Source: a bacterium (GTDB lineage: Bacteria > UBA10199 > 2-02-FULL-44-16 > JAAZCA01). Taken from it: a DNA stretch of 64,000 nt. Below, piece after piece: positions 41,208-51,400 of the stretch; positions within the stretch are counted from its first letter, which is position 1; every line of letters begins with the position of its first letter. The notes beneath the pieces are model-generated. The model searched no databases and was not told the origin of the DNA. It saw only the letters and a program-made list of their open reading frames with translations. The DNA lies in the NCBI GenBank assembly GCA_963674695.2, contig CAXXGI010000001.1:224001-288000 (forward strand). The letters are read 5' to 3'. A program made the translations under genes and the position numbers.

Positions 41208-44200
41208 ATGGTTGGCTTCAAAACCGATTTAAACTTCGCGCAGCTCTTTCAGGACGCTGACAAGCGCCGGCGTGGGATGGAACTCCTGGTCTACGCCGAA
41301 GCCGAGCTGGGCTACGACCCGGAGGAGCTCACGCCGATCGCGCAGGCCATCGAACATCCGGCGCGCTTCGATGAGGAGATGCTCGAACACCTGCGCACGA
41401 TTCACAAGGAGGCGATCGCCTCCGGGTTTCACTTCCTGCGCGACGATGCCGCACCGGCAATCGCGCGACAGGCCCGTCGCTTTGCGGAGCGCGCACCGAA
41501 GACGAAATCGCCTCGAGCGCCCGCGCAAAAACACGAACCCGCACCGGCAGACACGCCCCGCCCCGAAACGACGCCCGCCCCCGCGGCCGTGCCGCCGACG
41601 CCCGCCTGGAATGCGACGCAAGCGGAATATCTCGAGCGGTTTGCCGACGAGAGCAGGGTCCTGGCGCAGAAGATCGAGGCGAATACCGCCACCTGGGCTG
41701 AGCGCTACGGCGATGCGGGGGCACAGCGCGCCGAGGCAATCGTCAATCGCCTTCACTGGCTCATCGGCGAACGGGACCGCGCACAATCGCTGCGCCAACT
41801 CGGTTATCTGCACGATGTGGTCGATGCCCTGCGCATCCTCATCAATCGCGTCGATCGCACCGAGCTCGAACTGGGCAGGGCCAATCCTTCGGGAAGCCCC
41901 TTCTCCGTTCACCTCCATGGACTTTTCACCCCGCCGACGATCCAGAGTGAAGCCCTCCCGATTGAACGGGTTCCGCGCACGCACGAAACTCGCCCCCGCA
42001 ACGCACTCCCCTTTCCGATGGGCGAATCGGTCATAGAACCCGGAACCGTGATCCCGGCACTCGAGAGCGTTCCGCGCGCGGGGCTTTTGACCCCCACACG
42101 CCCGCATCAGCTCGAGATCCTCAATCCGATCGGGGCATACTGGGCGCTCCATCGATCGCGCATCGAAGAGGAACCCGTCGCCGAGGCCTCGATCGTGGCG
42201 CCGACCGGTTCCGGCAAGACACACGAGATGGCCGCGACGATCGAGATCGGGATGCGCGAGGGGTGGCTGCAGATGAACGATGGGGGAAAGGCCTTCATCC
42301 TTACCCATCTGAGACGCATCACGGGACAGAACGAAGCGGCGATGAAGCTCCTGCTGGATCCCGTCTTCCGGAAACGCCTCGGACGCCCGATACGCGTCAC
42401 GAAGGTGGACGCCGACGGCTGGGATCTTTCGGGCGACGCGGTGCTCGTGAGCGTCCCAACGGCAGGCCGAAAGACGAACGCCGCTCGTTTCGCACACGAA
42501 GCGCAGGTTCAGTTTGCCGATCGCGCACATCCGTATGCCCTCACCCTCCTGGACGAATATCATCACGGCATTTTCGCCGCGACCTGGCGCCGAACGATCG
42601 AGGCGATCGCCGACGCCGCAACCAGCGCCTTCAACCTCGGTTTTTCGGCCACGATCCCGCAGAAACTCAGAGCCCGCGCCAACGTCATCGCCGAACAGGA
42701 CGTCCTCGACCTCATGCGCAGAAAGGTATTGCCGCCGGTCACGTATGCCCCGGTGCGCATGGGCGTCGACCTCAAGTGGATCACGACGACGGGCCACGAC
42801 CTCAATCAGAAGGATCTCTCCCAGACGGTGCGCACGCTCGAGCACCACTACCACCTGATGCGCGCGCTAGAGGATCACGGCATCCGCAGCGGACGCGGCG
42901 GGTTTGCCCCCACGCTCCACTTCGGCGTGGATGTCGCCCACATCGAGGAGTTCGCGCGCTACTATCAGTGGTATTTCTCGAAGGAAGACCGCTATGGCGA
43001 CGGCCCCGCGCGCGCGGACGCATCGCCCGCGATGGGCGTGCGGCAGATCGCCGTGATCACCGAGGAGATGAGCCGCGATCCAAAAGCGGTCAAACGCCTC
43101 ATCGACGCCTATCGTGCCGGACGCAGAACCACCTTCGAGCGATTCGTCTTCGGCGAAAAGGCAGACACCGGTGCGTTTCGTTCGATCGGCGAATATACGG
43201 GCAAGATCGACGGGATCATCGCGGTGATGACAGCGAAGACGCCGGAGAACGTGCGCGACATGCTGATGGAGGCATCCAAACCCAGACGCACGGGGCCGGG
43301 TGCGATCGAGACGCTCCTGAGCATCGGCGTCATCGGCGAGGGTGCCGACATCCCCTGGGCACAGAACATCATACCGGACAAACCGACGCTCTCCGAGATT
43401 CCGGCCAGCCAGAACCCGGGGCGCGCCTTCCGACATGACAAATGGCACATCGAATCCGACGGCACGGTCGTCTACATCCCGCCGCGCATCATCATCGAAC
43501 CGCGCTACGATCGGCCCGATCTCGTGACGGTGCTCGATGCGCTCGGGATCACCGATCACGCGCTTGCGCGCATCGGCGGCGCGCAGATCGACCTGGTGAC
43601 GGAGGCGATCGGACGCCAGGGATACGGACACTTGAGCGACGTCTGGAAATCGAACGCGGAGACCAAAGAGGTCGAACGCAAGCCGGTCGTCGTGCCGCAG
43701 CCGGAGGAACTCATTCCCATCTCGGGGGTGCGAGAACACGTCCTGCTCCCCCAGCGCATGGTCGGCGAAATGCCGCGGCTGATGCGCCACATCCTGCAGG
43801 AGGACTATGAAGGGAAGCTCGCGGAGATGGCCTTCGATCTGGCCGTGAGCGAAGCCACGCTGGTGGGATATTTGAACGGCCGCACGCCGAGCGATGCACG
43901 ACTGCTCGCGCGCATGGGGATTTTTCTCTATCAAGGGCGCGATGTCCTCGCACGCCAGCACAAGTTCGACGAGAACGGCTGGGTCCCGCGAACCGAATTG
44001 AATGCTGCCATTCGTCCGCTGGTGCAACAGGCGCGCGATCAATCCTTCGCCCTCTTCGGCGCAACCCTTCCGCGGTATGGATTCACCACGACCGACGGAT
44101 GGCGCAGCGGCCCGCTCAACCTAAATCCCGTCATCCGATTTCTGCGCGACGGCAAGATCCCCAGGAGTTTCCGTGGAAAGAAGGGAAACTTCTGGACGAA

Positions 44201-45248
44201 CCTGCGGCAGATCCTCATGAACGTCGAACGCGATGCCCAGGGAAACCACGTGCATGTTCCGGAGCACGCGGAGACGCGCGCACTCATCGAGGAGACCGCC
44301 GCCGCCCATGCCGGCTGGACGCCGATTGAGGAGCTCGACGATTCCGTACGAGCGCTCGTGCGCATCGCCAGAGAAAACGCCCTGGTGACCGACAATGGAG
44401 GCCTGATCCATCCCCGCGAAGCGGGCGATGAGGTCCAGCGCGGCGTACAGGCCTTTCTGCGCGACGGAACGATCGCACCGGCGGGATGGAAGCCCCTCTG
44501 GGAGCTCCTCCATCAGCATGTCACCCCGGCGGGCAAGGCCCGCGCCGCCGAGCGCGACGATGTTATCGAGGCATTCCATGCCCACATGGAGCGGACACAG
44601 CATTGGAAACGAATCGAGACCATCCCGGAGGGAAGACGCCCGCTCGTGGAACACCTGCGCACGCATCGACTGCGCACGGCAGGCGGTACGCCCATGGGGA
44701 ACGCGGCGCTGGATGCGTTTTTCCAGAGCGGAGCGATCGTCTACAATGATCTCTTCGATCCGAACGAGTTCTGGGATCGCTATGCGCTGACCGTCGCCGA
44801 AGCCGGAATCGCTGCCAGCGGTGCGATGACCTTCGCCCACACTCCACCCCACATTACCAGACAGGTCGAGACGATGCGACGCATCGGCCTGGCCGTCTGG
44901 AAGGCAAGCGATCAAACCGGCGACGTCGTTCATCCCGCAAACGCGCGGATCAATCCGATCTCGGGCAAAATCGAGATCCCCGAGGATGAGGACCCCTCCA
45001 AGGGGGGCGGTGGATCGAGCACGCCACCGATCGTCTCCGGCGGTGGAGAACAGACGCCGACGCCCGAAGGAACGGACACCGCCCTGCGCTCGGGGCTCGC
45101 CCTGATGGAGGCCGATGCCGCACAGATGATGGCGACGGAGGATATCGCGCTATCGCCCTTCGAACCCATTGGAATGACAGGGGAAATAGACAGCATCGCC
45201 GAATTTCAGAACCCCCTCTTCGCCCTGCGCCCCGGCCTCATTCGATAG
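41208..45248 (+). CDS. Array gene 7: superfamily 2 (DExH) helicase-domain protein (1346 aa) with HTH-like segment, three repeats and C-terminal tail
   Basis: RPHQ (Q-like), APTGSGKT (I), LDEYHH (II), FSAT (III), GVIGEGADIP (V) and QNPGRAFR (VI). Confidence 0.88.
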   Translation: MVGFKTDLNFAQLFQDADKRRRGMELLVYAEAELGYDPEELTPIAQAIEHPARFDEEMLEHLRTIHKEAIASGFHFLRDDAAPAIARQARRFAERAPKTKSPRAPAQKHEPAPADTPRPETTPAPAAVPPTPAWNATQAEYLERFADESRVLAQKIEANTATWAERYGDAGAQRAEAIVNRLHWLIGERDRAQSLRQLGYLHDVVDALRILINRVDRTELELGRANPSGSPFSVHLHGLFTPPTIQSEALPIERVPRTHETRPRNALPFPMGESVIEPGTVIPALESVPRAGLLTPTRPHQLEILNPIGAYWALHRSRIEEEPVAEASIVAPTGSGKTHEMAATIEIGMREGWLQMNDGGKAFILTHLRRITGQNEAAMKLLLDPVFRKRLGRPIRVTKVDADGWDLSGDAVLVSVPTAGRKTNAARFAHEAQVQFADRAHPYALTLLDEYHHGIFAATWRRTIEAIADAATSAFNLGFSATIPQKLRARANVIAEQDVLDLMRRKVLPPVTYAPVRMGVDLKWITTTGHDLNQKDLSQTVRTLEHHYHLMRALEDHGIRSGRGGFAPTLHFGVDVAHIEEFARYYQWYFSKEDRYGDGPARADASPAMGVRQIAVITEEMSRDPKAVKRLIDAYRAGRRTTFERFVFGEKADTGAFRSIGEYTGKIDGIIAVMTAKTPENVRDMLMEASKPRRTGPGAIETLLSIGVIGEGADIPWAQNIIPDKPTLSEIPASQNPGRAFRHDKWHIESDGTVVYIPPRIIIEPRYDRPDLVTVLDALGITDHALARIGGAQIDLVTEAIGRQGYGHLSDVWKSNAETKEVERKPVVVPQPEELIPISGVREHVLLPQRMVGEMPRLMRHILQEDYEGKLAEMAFDLAVSEATLVGYLNGRTPSDARLLARMGIFLYQGRDVLARQHKFDENGWVPRTELNAAIRPLVQQARDQSFALFGATLPRYGFTTTDGWRSGPLNLNPVIRFLRDGKIPRSFRGKKGNFWTNLRQILMNVERDAQGNHVHVPEHAETRALIEETAAAHAGWTPIEELDDSVRALVRIARENALVTDNGGLIHPREAGDEVQRGVQAFLRDGTIAPAGWKPLWELLHQHVTPAGKARAAERDDVIEAFHAHMERTQHWKRIETIPEGRRPLVEHLRTHRLRTAGGTPMGNAALDAFFQSGAIVYNDLFDPNEFWDRYALTVAEAGIAASGAMTFAHTPPHITRQVETMRRIGLAVWKASDQTGDVVHPANARINPISGKIEIPEDEDPSKGGGGSSTPPIVSGGGEQTPTPEGTDTALRSGLALMEADAAQMMATEDIALSPFEPIGMTGEIDSIAEFQNPLFALRPGLIR

Positions 45249-45255
45249 AAAAAAC

Positions 45256-45285
45256 CACGCAACAATTTGAAAATGTCACCGATAC
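45256..45285 (+). promoter_or_regulatory. Putative alternative-sigma promoter, array gene 8
   Basis: CACGCAAC AATTTGAAAATGTCAC CGATAC. Confidence 0.65.
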
Positions 45286-45359
45286 AGAAGGGAAATCGTC
45301 GGGAAAATATACATCTTACGCAGCAATGCTGCACGAGATTGGCGACGAACCTTGCTTGT

Positions 45360-45428
45360 GTCATCCCCGCAGAAGCGGGGATCTCGATGTGCTCTGACAA
45401 TCGAGATTCCCGCCTACGCGGGAATGAC
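45360..45428. repeat. REP-like palindromic repeat, copy 5
   Basis: GTCATCCCCGCAGAAGCGGGGATCTCG...CGAGATTCCCGCCTACGCGGGAATGAC. Confidence 0.85.
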
Positions 45429-45497
45429 AAACTTGGAATCGCGGGAAAAGTGACAACCTGCATCCACCGCTGAACGTCGAAACGGAGCCAGTGCCCT

Positions 45498-48400
45498 ATG
45501 GGAGATGACATCAAAAAAACGGGAGGGGCATCGCACATCCCCCACCCGCAATCCGATATCCACGAAAGCGACGAGGGCGGCACCACACCATCCGACGCGC
45601 ACGATGCGGTGGACACCTATGTCGCGGCATCCGCGACAACACCGCCCCCATCTCTCCTCTCGCGAAAGATGATCGATGCGCAGCTCAAGGAACAGGGAAT
45701 GACGCTCCATCGTGAGCACCCCTACATGAGCGTCAACGAATACGACTGCTATCGCATCCTGCAGTATGCCTACGATACCCTCGTCGACGATCTCTTTCCA
45801 AAAGTGCGTACGCGGTTTGTCGAGGGCGAACCCCCCAGCGGAAAGAAATTCGACGCGCTCATCGAACGCAGCCTCGTCATGGGTTATGCCGGACAGATGC
45901 AGGTCACGCAGAAGGAGGCGAAAGGACGCATCTCCTCATTCCGCGAAACCTACGTCACATTCATCCGGGAGAACCTTGCGCGACTGGGGCTCACCGGCAC
46001 GGGGAAACCCACATCGTCGTCACAACCGTCGACGGCGCACGCATCCACATCGACGCTCACGCCCGCGACGCTGGCCACCTTTATCCTGCACGCCCGCGCA
46101 CAGATCGGCGCGATCGAAGCACTGCTGCGCGAACTTGCGGACGAGGATCGCGTGGCGGGAGAAGAAGCGCTTTCCCGCGCACAGCGGGTCGAGGCGGAAC
46201 ACCTCCGCCCTCTGGGATATGACGAAGCGCAGATCGTCGGCAATCTCTCCCGCGGCAACCACCGCAAAGAACGCGCACAGACCATCGCCGACAAGACACG
46301 CATCATCGGCGATCTCTTTTTCGATGTTCGCGCGCAGCATACGCGCGAAACCCGACCGATCGATATCGATCGCGTCGATACCCTCATCGATGCGGAAACG
46401 GGCACCGGAAAGAAGCGCCGATCGATGCGCGACGATCTCGAAGCCTGGATCGCTCAGCACATCGACAATCCTGAGGCCGCCGAACGGCTACGCACGGCGG
46501 CGGTCATGGCCATCGGATGGGGTATGGGGGCAACCCAACCGGATCAGTTGCCAAGGCTCACGCTCTCATCCGAACGCATCGAAGATGCGGCCTTCATCGC
46601 GACGGAGAGGATCGCCGATCCGGATCAGCGCAGAGATGCACGCGATGCGCTGGCACAACAACTGCTTTCCGCACTCGCCCATATCGCACTGCGCGCCGGC
46701 CGGCGTCAGCTCCTCACCGCTGATACCGACACCCGCGCAGCAAAACCGACCGTACACGCGCGGCGAAGCGAACACCGTCTCACGCTCGCGACCGATTCCG
46801 CTCGCGGCATCCGATTCATCCCTTCGGTCAGCGGCGGCATGAACGAGCTGATCGAGGCAATCGAAGAGAAAATCGGGCCGATCGACGCCGACCGCTTCGA
46901 GCAGATCACCGACATCAAACTCTCCATCTTCCGCGGATACGGCCAGCTGCGCACGCAGCGCACCGCCAGCCGCGACAACTGGGCGACCGTCGTCGAACTC
47001 CACCAGGGCGAGACCTGGCCAAAGCTCGTGGCCATCGCCGAGGAGAACGGAACGCTCGAAGAACTGCTCACGCGTTTCCCCCCGGCCAACAGCAACGACG
47101 CGCGGTGGAAACAGCGCCTTCACGACGCGCGAGGCGACGACACGCTGATCGATCTGGCAACAGGCTACACGCCCGCAGCCTTCGTGCTCAAAGGGGGCCT
47201 GCGCCGTATGCTGGAGGCCTATCTGCCGAAGAAAGCGGACGTGCGCAAACGGATGCAACGCGAGATCGACGAATACGAGAAGGCGGGGCTCCTCGGGGAA
47301 AACGCGCTCGAGACCATGCCGACCGCCTTCACCCCTTCCGACTGGGAGCTCCTCATCGCCCACGCCGTGGCCGCCGATGAGTTGGAGAAACTGACCGTCG
47401 AACCGAAGCAGCGCGACGCCGACGAAAAGCTGCTCATCGCCTTCATCCATCTGGGCACGCTCGCGCGCAATCGCGGGTTCGAACTCGACCCGGTCGATTT
47501 CGCTGCGGCGCTCTCGCCCATTATTCGCAGCATGCGCGATCACGCCGACACAGAGGGAACCATCATCGTTCCCGTTCCGAAATTCATGGGGGACCTGGAA
47601 TATACCAACTACGGCACGCCGACGTTTGCGAGCCGCATGAAGGGGATCGAAACCGCCATGCCCGAGGCCACGCGCCAGAACCAGGCCGGTGGCCACGTGC
47701 AGCGCGCCAGTTGGCTCTCGCTCGATCGCATCAACAGCTCGCTGGCAGGACGTGATGTGAGCGAGAGCGACGATCAGATCCGTTCGCACAAGCAATTCAA
47801 CGGCGGGTTCATGCGCTGGATCGAACTGCTCATGGGCACCATACCCGACATCCGCGACGCCGCCGGACGACGCATCGACCTTGAGGGAATCACCTCGCGA
47901 TCGCGCTATCGCTTTCAGCTCGTGCCCAACGCCGCCGAATACGCCACCGACGCAAATGAGAGCAGGACGACGCAGAGCGCCCCGCGCCTTTTGGCCGACG
48001 CCCATCGCGGCTATTACGGAAAACTGCTGGAAAAGGCGGACGGCTATCTCGCTGCAGTCGAAGCACTCCCCTTTCCGGTCACCGTCACGCGCCCCGCACA
48101 TCATGGAATGGATGCGCAGACGAACACTCCGATCGATCGACCCGAAGAGGAGATTTCCCCCGCCCAGCTGCGCTCAGAAATTGCGGAGCTGATCTTGCAG
48201 GAGGAGATCCACCGCGATCGGCTGGAGCAAGGCGGCGCCTCTGCCCAGAGCGATGCCCAGACCATCGCCTTCTATCGTCGCATCGGGAGATTCGCGCGCG
48301 AGATCTTCTATCACCTTCCCATTCGGGGAGTCGCCGCGATCGACGGATTCGACATCCCCTTCCAGGCGGTAGCGAAGCTGGCTCGCCAGCGACTGCGCCC

Positions 48401-51400
48401 GGAACACGCTGGCCGCACCACGCTCGTCATCGACGACATCTTCGAGGCGGCGCATGCACAAGGGTGGAGTGCCACCCGACGCAATGCGCTCATTCGCCTG
48501 CGGCTGCTCATGGGGCTTGCCCGGCGCGAAGGACGCTTGACGCCGAATATCGTGCATGCCGGCGAAATCGTCGAGGCGCTGCGCCCGATCTGGGAAGCCC
48601 CCGAGCACCTGTTGGAACAGGCCGCGCTCGACTTCATTGCGCTGGGTCAACGCGTGCCACTCGATGATGCGGGGCAAGCGCTTGCAACCATCATCGGCCG
48701 TGGACGACAGGCGCCATCGGCTGGACCGCATGAGCCGAACCTTCCCGGACACGCCGAGACCTGGGATGTGCAGTTTCGCCAGTTCGCCGCCGAACGCGAT
48801 GCCGATTCAGCGATGATCGAAGCGGGCCTTGCCGCCATACGCACCTATTTTGCGACGACCCACGGCTTTGCCTCGCATTTTTGGAGCGCACGGCTCGATT
48901 CCGCAGTCCATGCCGCCGCCCACGAACAGGATGTCGACCCCATCGCGCTACGCGCGCTCATCTGTGAGAGTTTCGGCCGCATGGGTATCGCCAACGGAAA
49001 ACCCGTCGATGGGCTCCACATCATCGACCCAAACTCTCCGGAACACGCGGTGCGCACGCGCCTGGCCGAAATCGCGGTCTCCGCCTACATGGGGCTGTTC
49101 GCCCATGATCCGAAACTCATTCTGAAGGTGCCGGTGCAGGAAGAGCTCATCACCGATGTCGTCCGACTCACGTTGGAGGAATACGGGCAACAGCTCGATC
49201 ACCCGCCGCGTCCGCACCTCGTTGCGCGGGAGACGCGCATTCTGCTGCGCCGCCACAACGAGCGCGCACACATTCCGCATACGCGGGCCAACAACGCGCT
49301 CCCCACCACGGGACTGCTCGAAACGCGACTGGCTCACGCCGCAACGATTTGGGAGGCGAAGCACCCGGACGAAAAAATCGATCGCACACGAACGTTGGAT
49401 GCCGTTTTGGCCGCCAACCGCAGCCGCCCCTCCGACGAGAACGCCGAAGCCTCCGCGCTGCAATCGCTCTCTGAAAACGACGCCCACTTCGTGCGCCACT
49501 ATTTGCATCAGCAGCGGGAAGCGCTTGCGGATTTCGAACAGCTCATGGCCGACCCCGAAATGGGATTTGCCAAACGTGCGCGCAAACGATTTGCCGCGCC
49601 AAATGTGACCGACCAATCCCTCGTCGCCTTTGCGATAGCCTTCGCGCGGGAACGCTTGACGAGCGTTTCCCCCACGCCAGCACGTGATATCGCCTTTGAA
49701 CTCGTCGCTGATGACTTTCTGCCCTTCGAGGCCATCGCCCACCGCATGACCGAATCGCTCACCGGCATGCTGGCGACGACGTTCAGCGACATGCATGAGC
49801 AGATGCGCGAGGAGATCGATCTCGCCCGAACGGCCATCGAAATAGAGGCAAACGACGAAACCGTGGTGGTCGCTTCATTCAAAGCATTCATCGAAACGGT
49901 GTGCTCGCGAAACGAACTGGGCAGCTGGGAGGATGTACAGCAACGAGATCGATCCTGGGGACTGCTCGCCGACGTCGCTGGAATCGACGCGGAGGGAACT
50001 TCGATCGAAGCGTTTGCACGACGTCTTTATACTGAACAGGTTGTTCCTCGCTTTGAAAAGATGCAGGCCGAGCACGCCGAGAAGATCGAGCGCATCGATA
50101 CAGCCGAAGAACAGGCCGCGATCCTGCAGAACAAAATCGGCATGATCTCGGCGATGTATGCGATGGTCCCGAACACGGCCGCCATGAACGACAAGGCGAT
50201 CGAGCGCGCCCAAAAACACCTCGACCGGGGCGCACGCGTTCTGCTGCGCCAGACGACGGCGATCAAAGCCATGCTCGAAACCCACAGCGAACTCGAGGAG
50301 ATCGCCACGCAACTGGACATGAGCGATCTCATCGATCGGGTCATCGCCATTGAGGAGAAGCTTGTTACGGCTACGGAGGAAGCCAAGGCCGTGACCGCGC
50401 GATTCGAGGAACATCGGGTCCTGCTGAATAAGCGTGCTGACGAGATCGAGCAGGACAAGACCGAGCAGGAAGCGATCGCCTCCGCGAAAAAGATGGCGCA
50501 GCACGGAGCGACGCGGGCATTGGAGATCGCGAGCGCCATCGCCGACACAACCTCCCAGGCAGCACAGGCGCAGATCGATTCCCTGCAGGAAGCACAGGCG
50601 GCGTTCATCACGGCCATGGAGACCGCTCAGAACGCACCGACGATTCCACACATGACCGCGGCCGGCGCTGCACTGAATGATTTTCTTTCGATCCGCGAAA
50701 AAACAGATCCCCTCTTCGATGCAGCGACGAACACCGTCACCCATGCCCTCTCCCAGCATGCGCCGCATCCGAACAGCGCCAGCCAACTGTTGACGCGATT
50801 GCAGACCATCGATCCGGCAACGGCGGGACCGCATGCGAGGACCCTTGCTGAATCGATCACGAAGCTTCAGGACGCCATCGCGACCGCTGGAACATTTATC
50901 ACGCGCATGCAGGAGATCCGTGCGATCGGCGTCGAACCCATGTACACCGATCTGCGCGCCATCGAAGCGCGTCTTCCCGCCATGCCGCCACAACTGCCGG
51001 AACCGGGAGTGATTTCCACCGAAGACGATATCATCCTCGACGATCGTGAAGTCACCATCTCGAGGACAAGCACCGACCCGAACGCCAGCACACGGGCGCA
51101 AAAGAGGCTCGCCCCCATCCTCGACGCACGCGTTTTGCACACCGCATCGCAGAGCTTCCTCCTGGCGACGCAACAGCACACGCGCGTGCAGACGTGGCTT
51201 TCCGGAATGCGCGACGAGACGCTCACGGCCATGGACCTCTTCGGCAATCGGATCACGCTCGACGCCCACCGCTGGGGGTTTCACCTCGACAATCCCGCGT
51301 CCGGCATCGGCGCGATCGGAACAGATCACCCGTTTCATCGCATCGTGAACCTGCTCGCGGCGGCCGTGAGCACAGAGGATGGCACGCTTTTGCTCTTGGT

